A DNA stretch of 64,000 nt from an uncultured Aliarcobacter sp. (GTDB lineage Bacteria; Campylobacterota; Campylobacteria; Campylobacterales; Arcobacteraceae). A program made the translations under genes and the position numbers. The notes beneath the pieces were generated by a model that made no database searches, was not told where the DNA came from, and saw only the letters and a list, made by a program, of their open reading frames with translations. The stretch lies in NCBI GenBank assembly GCA_963664305.2, contig CAXXLV010000002.1:1312001-1376000 (forward strand), read 5' to 3'. Shown piece after piece: positions 48,492 through 58,317 of the stretch; position 1 is the stretch's first letter, and each line of letters begins with the position of its first letter.

Positions 48492-49685
48492 CTATTTTCC
48501 TTTTATTAAAATAGTTACATATTTACTTGACCAAACAAGTAAAACTAAAATTAGTAAAATAGCTGTTAGATTTATAAAAAATGAATAATCTAAAGCAAAA
48601 TTTGAACAAATTGAAGAAAAAAGTCTTAATAACACAATAAATTGTAAAGCTATAAAAATTATAACTGTAAATTTATTTGCAACTATTCGATTTCCTGAAT
48701 GTCCTAAAATTACCCTAGTTCCAAAACCTATAAGTAAAGTCAAAAAATATCCCAAAGCAAAACTATGAACTACTATTTTTTCAAAATAAATACTAGAGTT
48801 ATAAATAGCAAAAAAGCTCTCAATAATTGATATGAAAAAGCCAATTACAATCCAAAATAGTCCTAAATATAATATCCAAAGAATTGCGTCAACTTTAAAT
48901 AAAGGAAGTTTCCATTTTATAAACTCTTTTGAAATTATAAAAAGTAATGGAATATCACTAATAAAATTAAATCTACTATCATCAAAAGATAAGATTATCA
49001 CTTTTAAAATAAGTAGATAAAAAACAATATTTAAAAATTTTAGACTTTTATATGCAACATGAGATGGGACTTTTGCCCTTGTAAAAAATGGAATCATTCT
49101 TTGAGAAATAGTCAAAAATATCATAAATAAAAATAGATAAAATCCTATATTTATTGAAATTTTTGATAAAAGATATGAATACTTAAAATCTATATTTGAA
49201 ACTATAAATAAAAGATGTGCAAAAAGTCCGATAAAAAAAGCTATTAAAATCCATTTTGTATCATTTTTTATTGGAACTAAACTTTTTTTATGAATTTCAT
49301 AAAGTAATTTAAAACAAAAAACTTGTGTAATTAAAAGTAAGATTTGAAATATAAAAGTGATTTTTGAATAAAAAATCAAACTTAATAAAATAAACAGTGA
49401 ATTAAAAAAATAACTTTGAAAAAGTTTCATATAAGTTGATTGATTTATCTCTTTTTCATTTAGAAATCTAGGAAAAACAACAAACAAAAATCCTAAAAAG
49501 AATTGTAAAAAAACGACATAAACCATAGTATAAGCATGATAAATTAAGATTGAAGTATCTAAATTTAAAATATTTGTATGAGATAAAACAAAAAGTATCA
49601 TAAAAAGAGTAAAAAACAAAATTCCACTTACAAAAAATGGTTGATGTGGTTGGGATGAAAATCTTTTATACCAAGAAAATAACAT
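48492..49685 (-). CDS. nnrS: NnrS family membrane protein
   Basis: QPHQPFF, HAYTM...FFLGFLF..FPRF, RMIPFFT, H..ALG, TRVILGHSG. Confidence 0.85.
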   Translation of the reverse strand: MLFSWYKRFSSQPHQPFFVSGILFFTLFMILFVLSHTNILNLDTSILIYHAYTMVYVVFLQFFLGFLFVVFPRFLNEKEINQSTYMKLFQSYFFNSLFILLSLIFYSKITFIFQILLLITQVFCFKLLYEIHKKSLVPIKNDTKWILIAFFIGLFAHLLFIVSNIDFKYSYLLSKISINIGFYLFLFMIFLTISQRMIPFFTRAKVPSHVAYKSLKFLNIVFYLLILKVIILSFDDSRFNFISDIPLLFIISKEFIKWKLPLFKVDAILWILYLGLFWIVIGFFISIIESFFAIYNSSIYFEKIVVHSFALGYFLTLLIGFGTRVILGHSGNRIVANKFTVIIFIALQFIVLLRLFSSICSNFALDYSFFINLTAILLILVLLVWSSKYVTILIKGK

Positions 49686-49736
49686 AAAATCTCCTAAAAT
49701 TTTTAAGAGATTTTAACTGTTATAAAAAAATAAAAC

Positions 49737-49752
49737 CTTGATTCTAAACAAG
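49737..49752 (-). promoter_or_regulatory. Crp/Fnr-family (NssR/DNR/NnrR-like) box upstream of nnrS
   Basis: CTTGAT-TCTA-AACAAG, one mismatch to TTGAT-N4-ATCAA; centred about -41.5 from a +1 inferred from TAAAAT at 49715-49710. Confidence 0.65.
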
Positions 49753-49754
49753 AG

Positions 49755-50489
49755 TTATTTTTTTAGATTTGAATAAGCCTCACATGCAACATCAAGATTC
49801 ATATCACAAGCTTTTTTAAATAGTTTTGCTGCTAATTCATTGTTTTTTGTAAAATACTCACCATCAAAATACATCACACCTAAATTATAACAAGCATTTG
49901 AATAACCTAAATCACAAGATTTTTGATAAAGATTTGCAGCTCTTAATGGATTTTTTTCGACTCCATCTTCATTTGTAAATCTAACTGCCAAGTTATAACA
50001 AGCTTTTGCATGATTCATACTACAAGCTTGAGTTAAATAATCAACAGTTTTAAATAAATCTTTTTCAACACCATCACCTACTTCATACATATTAGCAATG
50101 TTATAACAACCTGCACTTATTCCTGCTTTACAAGTTTTGTCATATAACTCTATTGCTTTTTGTGAATTAAGTAATGTTCCTTGTGCATTTTGATACATAT
50201 ATGCTAAATTATAACAAGCTCCAATATGGTCATTTTCACAAGCTTTTGAGAAATAATCAAATGCCTTTGAATAATTTTTTGCTATTTTATCACCCTTATA
50301 ATATAAAAGTCCAAGATTATAACAACCAGATGATGCACCTTCATTACAACTATTTTGAAAAATATTTGCTGCTTCAAGAATATTTCCTTTTTTTAATTCT
50401 TCAAAACCATCATTTACAACTGATGCTGCATTTAACATTTGAAAACCTAAAAATGAAAACAATAAGATTTTAACTAGATTTTTAAGCAT
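49755..50489 (-). CDS. Sel1-like repeat cysteine-rich exported protein (Hcp-like)
   Basis: Signal peptide and about six 36-aa repeats of the form KAC...ACYNLG.MY..G.GV.KN. Confidence 0.92.
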   Translation of the reverse strand: MLKNLVKILLFSFLGFQMLNAASVVNDGFEELKKGNILEAANIFQNSCNEGASSGCYNLGLLYYKGDKIAKNYSKAFDYFSKACENDHIGACYNLAYMYQNAQGTLLNSQKAIELYDKTCKAGISAGCYNIANMYEVGDGVEKDLFKTVDYLTQACSMNHAKACYNLAVRFTNEDGVEKNPLRAANLYQKSCDLGYSNACYNLGVMYFDGEYFTKNNELAAKLFKKACDMNLDVACEAYSNLKK

Positions 50490-50581
50490 AATTACTCCTC
50501 ATAATAAAATTACCTGAGACTATTATACTACTGTTTTAGAATTTTAAAATTAAGAGAGAAAGAAATAAGAAGAAAAATAAT

Positions 50582-50611
50582 AAAAAAAAGCCACTAAAAA
50601 GTGACTTTTTT
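50582..50611 (-). terminator. Terminator of tpx
   Basis: Minus strand AAAAGTCAC-TTTTTA-GTGGCTTTTTTTT. Confidence 0.7.
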
Positions 50612-50616
50612 AAAGA

Positions 50617-51159
50617 TTAGTGACAACCACATCCTGTTCCACAAGAACCACCAGTTACACCTTTAGCTGCTGCTAATGCTGCTTCATAATTTGGCTCTTC
50701 AGTAATTTCTGGACAAATTTCTTTATAAGTTACTTTTCCAGATTCATTGATAACGAATACTGCTCTACAAGCAACACCTGCTAATGGTCCAGAAGAAATT
50801 AATACACCGTAAGATTTAGCAAAAGCTTTTGCTCTAAAATCTGAACCAACTGTTAAATTTTCGATTCCTTCAGTTGTACAAAATCTTTTCATTGCAAATG
50901 GTAAATCCATAGAAACTACGATTACTTCTGCATTTTCAACTTTTGCTGCTTCTACATTGAATTTTCTAGTTTCTGCTGCACATACAGGAGTATCTAAAGA
51001 TGGAACTACAACTACGATTTGAGTTTTACCTTTTTCTCCACCAACTTGAACTTCTGATAAATCTTGTGCTACAACTGTAACAACAGGAGCGATATCTCCT
51101 ACATTGATTTCTGTTCCACTTAAAGTTACTTCATTACCTTTTAATTTTGTTGTTGCCAT
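50617..51159 (-). CDS. tpx: Thiol peroxidase (atypical 2-Cys peroxiredoxin)
   Basis: PSLDTPVC, SMDLPFAMKRFC, EITEEPNYE. Confidence 0.96.
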   Translation of the reverse strand: MATTKLKGNEVTLSGTEINVGDIAPVVTVVAQDLSEVQVGGEKGKTQIVVVVPSLDTPVCAAETRKFNVEAAKVENAEVIVVSMDLPFAMKRFCTTEGIENLTVGSDFRAKAFAKSYGVLISSGPLAGVACRAVFVINESGKVTYKEICPEITEEPNYEAALAAAKGVTGGSCGTGCGCH

Positions 51160-51263
51160 TATAATTTTCCTTTAATTTTTTTAAATATTTCCGAAATTAT
51201 ATTCAAATAGGATAAAAGATGTCTTAATTATTTGCAATCAAGATGTAATTCTTTTATCTGTTA

Positions 51264-52088
51264 CTATTTAACCCTAATACAACTTTCTTCAAGCACTATT
51301 TTATCTTCACTAATAAGTTTTGTCAATGATGCTTTAAAGGCTTTTTTACTAAGTCCGAATACTTCATTTATATCAGAAGCTTCACTCTTATATGTAAAAT
51401 CTAATTTTCCACCATTTTGTACTAAAACATCAAAAACTTTATCACCTGAAATTTTAACACCAATTTTTTGTAAAGATAAATCAATTTTATTATCAGCTCT
51501 AATATTTTTTATGTAAGCTCTTTTTTTATCACCAATTCTTAGATTTTCAAAAATCTCTGTATGATAAATCATTCCTTCATATCTATCATTTACTATTACT
51601 TTATAACCTAGAGGTGTTTTTGAATAAAGTATTATTTCAACCTCATCATTTTTTTCTAAGTTTTTAACAGATTTTAGTAAATCATATTTTTCAGAAGCTA
51701 TTAATCTATTTGTTCTATCATCTAATTGAAGTTGTAAAACTTTTCTTTTTCCAACTTCATATGTTCCTTTTTGTTTGTTTTTTGGAACTAAAATATGTTT
51801 TGGCAGTCCAATGTCTACAAATGACCCAAATTTTGCATTATCAACTATCTCTAAAGATGCAAATTCATATAAATAAACATAAGGTTTTAATGTAGTTGCA
51901 ACAAGTCTATCTTCACTATCTGTATAAATAAATACATCAAGTAAAGTATCAATTTCCATAGATTTATTTACATATGCATTTGGAAGTAAAACCTCAGTTT
52001 CATCTTCACTTATTAGATAAATTCCAGGTTCACTAACTCTATTTACTCTTAAAGTGTTTAATCTTCCTACTTCTATTTTTTCATTCAT
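51264..52088 (-). CDS. CvfB/YitL family S1 RNA-binding protein
   Basis: EVLLP, VFIYTDSEDRL, tandem S1 domains, FGLSKKAFK winged-helix end. Confidence 0.9.
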   Translation of the reverse strand: MNEKIEVGRLNTLRVNRVSEPGIYLISEDETEVLLPNAYVNKSMEIDTLLDVFIYTDSEDRLVATTLKPYVYLYEFASLEIVDNAKFGSFVDIGLPKHILVPKNKQKGTYEVGKRKVLQLQLDDRTNRLIASEKYDLLKSVKNLEKNDEVEIILYSKTPLGYKVIVNDRYEGMIYHTEIFENLRIGDKKRAYIKNIRADNKIDLSLQKIGVKISGDKVFDVLVQNGGKLDFTYKSEASDINEVFGLSKKAFKASLTKLISEDKIVLEESCIRVK

Positions 52089-52111
52089 TTGGTTTTTCCG
52101 TTTCTTTTAAT

Positions 52112-52912
52112 TTATTTTTTAAAATTCAAAAATTTCACTGCTGCTAAAATAATAACAGCTACCATAATAATACTAGCACCAGAGCTAATATCATACATAT
52201 ATGAAACTATAAGTCCTAAAATTGTAAACATTGTAGCTAAAATTGAGCTAATTATCATCATTGTTGATAATTTTGATGCAAAAGTTTCAGCTAAATAAGT
52301 TGGTATTGTTAAAAGTGCAATAACTAAAATCAATCCCACAGCTTTGATTGCAGCAACAACACAAAGAGCAGCTAAGATTAGAATAAGTGTATAAAAAAAC
52401 TTAACATTTATACCTCTTAAACTTGCAAATTCACTATCATATGAAACTGCTAATATCTCTTTATAAAAAAATACAACTATTGAGATAATAAAAATATCTA
52501 AACATGTCATATATAAAATATCATCATTTGAAACAGCAATAATTGAACCAAACAGATATGACATTAAATCTACATTATATCCAGGTGTTAAATCAACAAA
52601 TATAATACCAATAGCCATACCACTAGCCCACATCATTCCAATAATCGCATCAATTCTAGTTCGATTTTTTAAAGTTATAATTGCAATTATGATTGCCGTT
52701 ATAATTGCAAAAACTGTTGCTCCAAAAAGTACTGGAAGTCCTAAATAAATAGCAAGTCCAATTCCACCATAAGAACTATGTGCAATCCCACCAGTTAAAA
52801 ATGTAATCTTATTCACAACTACAAGTGAGCCAATAATTCCAGCAGCAATCGAAATTAATACTCCTGCAATTAAAGCATTTTGAATAAATTCATATTGTAA
52901 AACTTCTAACAT
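52112..52912 (-). CDS. znuB: Zn/Mn ABC transporter permease (ZnuB-like)
   Basis: IAHSSYGG, SYLFGSI, VGLILVIALLTIP. Confidence 0.85.
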   Translation of the reverse strand: MLEVLQYEFIQNALIAGVLISIAAGIIGSLVVVNKITFLTGGIAHSSYGGIGLAIYLGLPVLFGATVFAIITAIIIAIITLKNRTRIDAIIGMMWASGMAIGIIFVDLTPGYNVDLMSYLFGSIIAVSNDDILYMTCLDIFIISIVVFFYKEILAVSYDSEFASLRGINVKFFYTLILILAALCVVAAIKAVGLILVIALLTIPTYLAETFASKLSTMMIISSILATMFTILGLIVSYMYDISSGASIIMVAVIILAAVKFLNFKK

Positions 52913-52921
52913 CTCTTACCT

Positions 52922-53662
52922 TTAGTGATTGTGATTACAACAAATTTGAGTTTTTCCTAATGCTGATAGGAGTTCAACTTCACATAAATGTTCATTTTGT
53001 GTATCTATATTTTTTTGTATATTTTCTAAAGAGTGATAAACTAAATTTTTATTTATGTGTGCAACATTTTTTGCATAGTTTAATAAAACTGAAATATCAT
53101 GGCTAACTACTACTATACAAATTGATTTATTAAGTTCTTTTAACAACTCGTAAATCTCCCTTTGACCTTTTACATCGATACTTGCTGTTGGTTCATCAAG
53201 CAACATAATTTTTGGATTTGAACATAAAGCTCGTGCAATAAAAACCCTTTGTCTTTGTCCTCCACTTAAATCACCTATTTTACTATTAGCAAATTTTGAC
53301 ATTCCAACTTTTTCTAAAGAACTCATTGCACAAGATATATCTTCTTTTGAATATCCAAATATCCTTTTTTTAGAAGTTGTATGACCCATTAGAACTATTT
53401 CTAAAGCAGTAATTGGGAAATCTGTATTTAAATTTGTATTTTGAGGAACATATCCTACTTGATTATTTTTTATTTTTTTCTCAATTTTTCCATTTTGAGG
53501 AATTAACAATCCTAAAATTAATTTTAGTAAAGTTGATTTTCCTCCACCATTTGGACCAATTATTGCTAAAAAGTCATTTTCACTTATTGATAAATTTATA
53601 TTTTCTAATACATCTGTTTTATTATATCGATAAGACAAATTACTTATATTTATTATTTCCAC
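52922..53662 (-). CDS. znuC: Zn/Mn ABC transporter ATP-binding protein (ZnuC-like; probable GTG start 53662)
   Basis: GPNGGGKST, GYVPQ, LSGGQRQR, LLDEPT, His/Cys C-terminal tail (HLCEVEL...CCNHNH). Confidence 0.85.
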   Translation of the reverse strand: MEIINISNLSYRYNKTDVLENINLSISENDFLAIIGPNGGGKSTLLKLILGLLIPQNGKIEKKIKNNQVGYVPQNTNLNTDFPITALEIVLMGHTTSKKRIFGYSKEDISCAMSSLEKVGMSKFANSKIGDLSGGQRQRVFIARALCSNPKIMLLDEPTASIDVKGQREIYELLKELNKSICIVVVSHDISVLLNYAKNVAHINKNLVYHSLENIQKNIDTQNEHLCEVELLSALGKTQICCNHNH

Positions 53663-53674
53663 TAAAACCCTCAT

Positions 53675-53691
53675 TTGCAACTTTGTTGCAA
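53675..53691. promoter_or_regulatory. Zur-like operator overlapping the znuC promoter
   Basis: Perfect TTGCAAC-TTT-GTTGCAA abutting extended -10 TGATAATAT (53699-53691, minus strand). Confidence 0.7.
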
Positions 53692-53719
53692 TATTATCAA
53701 ATATTGGATTAATCCAATA

Positions 53720-54463
53720 TCAAATCTCATCTCTTAACCAAGAATAAACTAATCCTAAATATTCATGAATTGCTATTTCACATTTTCTTAAATTTTTTGC
53801 AGAAAAATAAGAACTATATGAATCATCTTCATATGCCATATGATTTGTTGGGCTTGCTATTATTTTTAGTCCCTCTTTTTCAAATAAAAGGACTGAACGT
53901 TTCATATGTGAAGCTGAAGTAACTAAAATCAAAGGTTCTGTTCCAACTATTTTTTTTGTTTCAACTGCTTCCTCTTTTGTATCTTTTGTTGTATCAAGTC
54001 TTATAATATCCTCTTTTTTTACACCTAAACTAATTGCTAGTTGCTCTTGCATAAATGCATGAGAATTTTTATCACTAAAACTATAACCAGAAACTATAAG
54101 TTTTGCATTTTCTAGATTTTTATAATGTCGTATTCCCTCAACTAATCTATTTATTGCTGTCATTTTAACTTGAGAAGTTATACTTAAATCTTCATCACTT
54201 TTATGTCCACTTCCTAAAACTAAAATATAATTAACTTTTGGTGTTTGAATTAAAGCTGGATATGAATTTTCAAGCGGATATAAAATTGCATTTGAAACAG
54301 TTTGATTTGATAAAAGAGCAAACCATAAAAATGTTAAAAATAGAAAAAATTTAGCTTTTTTATATGAATTAAACATCAAATAAATAAAAGATAAAAAAAG
54401 TAAAAAAAGACCAATAGGAATTGGCAACAAAAAAGCTGAAACAATTTTTTTAAATATAAACAT
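53720..54463 (-). CDS. ElyC/SanA/YdcF (DUF218) envelope protein
   Basis: Two N-terminal TM helices, VLGSG, RLVEG, DTKEEA, LVTSASHMKRS, HEYLG. Confidence 0.9.
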   Translation of the reverse strand: MFIFKKIVSAFLLPIPIGLFLLFLSFIYLMFNSYKKAKFFLFLTFLWFALLSNQTVSNAILYPLENSYPALIQTPKVNYILVLGSGHKSDEDLSITSQVKMTAINRLVEGIRHYKNLENAKLIVSGYSFSDKNSHAFMQEQLAISLGVKKEDIIRLDTTKDTKEEAVETKKIVGTEPLILVTSASHMKRSVLLFEKEGLKIIASPTNHMAYEDDSYSSYFSAKNLRKCEIAIHEYLGLVYSWLRDEI

Positions 54464-55255
54464 CTAAACTCCAATAAGAGCTGAAGTATATCCAACAACC
54501 CTACTTTTGTCTTTTGTTACATCAGCACTTGTGCAATAATTTAAAATGTTTGTTTTATAATCATTTTGTATAGCCCAATCAATTATCGCTTTAACTCCTG
54601 TTTTTCCACAAGCTTCGCAATAATCAAACATCTCTAAATTTTTTCTTTCAATTGCATTTAAACAAATATTATCAAGTTTATTTGCTTCTTCTAAAGTATA
54701 AAAATGACTTAAATCTGTACTAATTACTACAAAATTATCAACATCGGCTAAAACCTCATCAATCACTTTTGATAAATCTTTATAATCAACTTCTCCATAA
54801 ACTATCTCAACTAATTGAATATTTTCAAAATAGTGTTTTATAAATGGAGCTTGCGTTTCAGTTGAATGCTCAAATTCACACTCAACATTAAAATCTAAAA
54901 AATCATATTTATCTATTAAGTTTTGAGAAAATTCTTTATCAATTTTTAAATTTCCAAGTGGCGTTTCATATTCATCATACAAAGCAACACTTGCACCTTT
55001 TAGATAAACTCTATGAGATGGACCAATTACAACTACTCTTTTTATATCTTTTTTTGAAGCTGAAACTAACTTGTAAGCCATATTTGCAGTAAAACCACTA
55101 TAAATATATCCAGCATGTGGAACTATTATGGCTTTAATATTTTCAAATGTTTCAGCATTTATAGCAAAACTATTAAAATGTTCAAAAAACTTTAAAATCT
55201 CTTCTTTTTTATTTGGATAAAAACTTCCACTTACAACTGCTTTTCTTATACTCAT
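54464..55255 (-). CDS. amrB: AmmeMemoRadiSam system protein B (MEMO1 family)
   Basis: GSFYP, PHAGYIYSG, GPSH, EHSTETQ, STDLSH, ACG, VVGY. Confidence 0.93.
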   Translation of the reverse strand: MSIRKAVVSGSFYPNKKEEILKFFEHFNSFAINAETFENIKAIIVPHAGYIYSGFTANMAYKLVSASKKDIKRVVVIGPSHRVYLKGASVALYDEYETPLGNLKIDKEFSQNLIDKYDFLDFNVECEFEHSTETQAPFIKHYFENIQLVEIVYGEVDYKDLSKVIDEVLADVDNFVVISTDLSHFYTLEEANKLDNICLNAIERKNLEMFDYCEACGKTGVKAIIDWAIQNDYKTNILNYCTSADVTKDKSRVVGYTSALIGV

Positions 55256-56238
55256 TTGAAAACTCCATCAAGTTTTGTTTTACATTTTGAACAACATCCA
55301 TCAATAACTTTGTTTTCTAAAACATTAAAATATTCTCTTCTTATCAATATTTCACCACAATTTTTGCAAACGGTGTCATTTTCAAAAATGCTATTTCCCA
55401 TGTAAACATAGTTTAATCCATGACCTTTTGCAATATCAAATGCCATTTGTAGAGTTTCATCTTTTGTTCGCTCTAAATTTTGTTCTTTATAATCAGGATG
55501 AAAGGCACTAATATGCCAAGGAACATTTACTCCAAGATTTTCTTTTATAAATTTAACTATATTTTCTAACTCTTGTTTTGAGTCATTAATTGTGGGAACT
55601 ATCAAAGTTGTAATTTCTAAATGAATATCGTTTTTTTTGATATTTATCAAATTATCACAAACAACTTTTAAATCACCACCTAAAGATTTTTTATAATAGT
55701 TTTTATCAAAAGATTTCAAATCAATATTAGCTGCATCAATAACACCTTTCATATCAGCTATTACTTCACTACTTTCAAATCCATTTGAAACAAAAACAGA
55801 TTTTATATCAAATTCTTTTGCCTTTAAAGCTATATCTTTAGCAAATGGATAAAAAATTGTTGGTTCATTATAGGTATATGAAATTGATTCACATTTTTTT
55901 TCTCTTGCAAGATTTACAATTTCTTCTACACTAAAATAGTTGTTTTTATTTATATTAGAAGTTTGCGAGATTTGCCAATTTTGACAAAATGAACATCTAA
56001 AATTACAACCAACTGTTCCTAAACTAAGAGATTTTGAGGAAGGTAAAAAATGATAAAGAGGTTTTTTTTCTATTGGGTCAATATTTAAAGCACTTAAATA
56101 TCCATAAACTAAACACTCTATTTTATCCCCAACATTTTTATTTACTCCACAAACTCCTGTTTGATTCTCTTTTAATTTACAATAATATGAACATAATAGA
56201 CAAACTAATCGCTCTTTTTCTTGTTTATAAAATTTCAT
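55252..56238 (-). CDS. amrS: AmmeMemoRadiSam system radical SAM enzyme
   Basis: CLLC..YC, DPIEKKPLYHF, GCNFRCSFCQNW, YTYNEP, C-terminal CKNC/CSKC. Confidence 0.94.
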   Translation of the reverse strand: MKFYKQEKERLVCLLCSYYCKLKENQTGVCGVNKNVGDKIECLVYGYLSALNIDPIEKKPLYHFLPSSKSLSLGTVGCNFRCSFCQNWQISQTSNINKNNYFSVEEIVNLAREKKCESISYTYNEPTIFYPFAKDIALKAKEFDIKSVFVSNGFESSEVIADMKGVIDAANIDLKSFDKNYYKKSLGGDLKVVCDNLINIKKNDIHLEITTLIVPTINDSKQELENIVKFIKENLGVNVPWHISAFHPDYKEQNLERTKDETLQMAFDIAKGHGLNYVYMGNSIFENDTVCKNCGEILIRREYFNVLENKVIDGCCSKCKTKLDGVFK

Positions 56239-56780
56239 TTTATCTTCTTAACTTCATAAGTAAAGATTTGAGGATGAAACTCCAAACAATTTACTTCAAA
56301 ACTTCCTTTATAACAAAGATGTGCAAAAAATTCTTTAAAACTAGGAAGTTGTTCCCAAACTTGTGGCAAAAAAGTACTTCTTCTTCCATCTTTTTGTAAA
56401 ATAACCCCATGGATATTTGGTTTGATTTTTGATTTTAAATCTTCTATATTTGTATAAATTACTTCAACTGGCGTTGTTAAAATAGAGATTTCTATATTTA
56501 CTTTTTTAAACTCTAAAGGCGTTAATTCATAAAATCTTGGGTCTTCAAAAGCAGCTGCATTTGCATTTGAAATCAAATCATCAAGAAGTGGTCTATAAGC
56601 TTGTAAACTTCCAATACAACCTCTTAGTTGTCCATCAAGAGTCAAAGTAACAAAAGTTGCACCATTTTCTTTTAATTCTGGAAAATCAGATAAAAGTTTT
56701 GTTTTATCAATCTTTATATTTGAATCAAACTTCTTTTCAATAGATTTTTTTGTTATGTCCAATAAAACCTGATTTTCCAT
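56235..56780 (-). CDS. amrA: AmmeMemoRadiSam system protein A (AMMECR1 family)
   Basis: ATFVTL, LRGCIG, AAAFEDPRF, EISILT, TFLPQVW. Confidence 0.94.
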   Translation of the reverse strand: MENQVLLDITKKSIEKKFDSNIKIDKTKLLSDFPELKENGATFVTLTLDGQLRGCIGSLQAYRPLLDDLISNANAAAFEDPRFYELTPLEFKKVNIEISILTTPVEVIYTNIEDLKSKIKPNIHGVILQKDGRRSTFLPQVWEQLPSFKEFFAHLCYKGSFEVNCLEFHPQIFTYEVKKIK

Positions 56781-56789
56781 ATTAACTCC

Positions 56790-57728
56790 TTAGTTTTTAA
56801 TAATATCCTTTATTGCTTCAACAAATTCATCACTATCATTTACACAACGACATACTTTATATTCACTAATTTCTAATTCATGTGCAATTTCTCTATACTC
56901 AATATCAAGCTCAAAATCTGTTTCTGAATTATCAACTATAAATGCAATTGGATAGATAATAACTTTTTCATTTTTAAAATTTTTCAACATATCTTCAAGT
57001 GACGGTTCTAACCATTTTAGAGGTCCAACTTTTGATTGATATGCTAAATTTACAGATTTAAAATTTTTTCCTTTTAGTTCAAGTTTTTCACTTAAAATTT
57101 TAACATGTTCAATCATTTGTTGCTCATATGGATCACCTGCATCAACTATTTTTTGAGGAAGCCCATGAGCTGAAAAAATCAGATTATATTCACTAGGATT
57201 TTCAACATTTTTTAAAATCTCATTTATAATACATTCATTAAATTTTTCATTTTTATAAAAAGTTTCAATATATCTGATATTTTTACCAAAAGTATAAGGT
57301 AAATAATCTACAAAATCTTCAATAGAAGATTTTGTAGTTGTTGTTGAATATTGAGGATATAAAGGCAATAATACTATTTCATTTATTCCATCATCTAACA
57401 TTTGTTTTATCACATCTTGTGCAAATGGTGGCGTATAACGCATCACTTGATAAGTTTTAAAATCTTCAATTTTTTCATTACATTTTTCTACTAACTTTTC
57501 AGTTAATGGATTAATAGGTGATGCATTTCCTATATGTTCATAATTTTCCCATGCACTATCCAATCGTTTTGTAACTATAAAATATGCAATCATTTTTCTT
57601 ATTAATGGATTTTTTATAGTTAAAATATTTTTATCATTAAACATATTTGTTAAAAACATTTTTAATTCAGACTTATTTCTGGCTCCACCCATATTTAGTA
57701 ATACTAACGCTTTTTTATTTTCTTGCAT
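56790..57728 (-). CDS. hemH: Ferrochelatase
   Basis: LLNMGG, MRYTPP, PLYPQYSTTT, FSAHGLP, YQSKVGPLKWLEP, DNSETDFELD. Confidence 0.96.
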   Translation of the reverse strand: MQENKKALVLLNMGGARNKSELKMFLTNMFNDKNILTIKNPLIRKMIAYFIVTKRLDSAWENYEHIGNASPINPLTEKLVEKCNEKIEDFKTYQVMRYTPPFAQDVIKQMLDDGINEIVLLPLYPQYSTTTTKSSIEDFVDYLPYTFGKNIRYIETFYKNEKFNECIINEILKNVENPSEYNLIFSAHGLPQKIVDAGDPYEQQMIEHVKILSEKLELKGKNFKSVNLAYQSKVGPLKWLEPSLEDMLKNFKNEKVIIYPIAFIVDNSETDFELDIEYREIAHELEISEYKVCRCVNDSDEFVEAIKDIIKN

Positions 57729-58317
57729 TCTCTTCTAACCTTATAATTTTATCACTACACCACGAAGCCATATCTAAATCGTGTGTTATTAGTAAAATAG
57801 CACATTTGTCTAAAAGTGTAATTAATAGTTTCATCACATCATATGCTATTATATTATCTAAAGCTGATGTTGGTTCATCAACTAAAAGTAAGTCTGGTTT
57901 CATCAAAAGTGCTCTTAAAATTGAACATCTTTGAAGTTGCCCTCCACTTAACTGATATGTCCTTTTCTCTAAAATCTCTTTTTCCAAACTAAGTTTTGGT
58001 AAAAGTTCTTTCATCTCTTCATAAAAATCTCTTTTTACAACATCTTTTATTTGTTCAATAATTGAATATGTTGGATGAAAAGAGTTAAATGGATCTTGAA
58101 ATATCATAGCAATATTTGATTTTTTTATTGTTCCATTTATTGGTTTTAAATTTCCACAAATCAATTCAAAAAGTGTTGTTTTCCCTGTACCACTTTTTCC
58201 AAATATTGTGACTAATTCGCCTTTGTTTAACTCTAAAGAAAAATCTTTATAAATAGGGTTTTCTTTTTTATAATAAAATGTTAAATTATTTATATTTAAA
58301 ACTGACTCTTTATTCAA
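57715..58317 (-). CDS. ABC transporter ATP-binding protein (dipeptide/nickel-like), no adjacent permease
   Basis: GKSGTGKT, FQDP, LSGGQLQR, DEPTSALD, ITHD. Confidence 0.88.
   Translation of the reverse strand: MNKESVLNINNLTFYYKKENPIYKDFSLELNKGELVTIFGKSGTGKTTLFELICGNLKPINGTIKKSNIAMIFQDPFNSFHPTYSIIEQIKDVVKRDFYEEMKELLPKLSLEKEILEKRTYQLSGGQLQRCSILRALLMKPDLLLVDEPTSALDNIIAYDVMKLLITLLDKCAILLITHDLDMASWCSDKIIRLEENARK

Noticed and set aside
49755..50489. Periodic ~108-bp repeats that might suggest a CRISPR or tandem array
   Set aside because: They are degenerate protein-coding Sel1 repeats, not identical DNA repeats with spacers.
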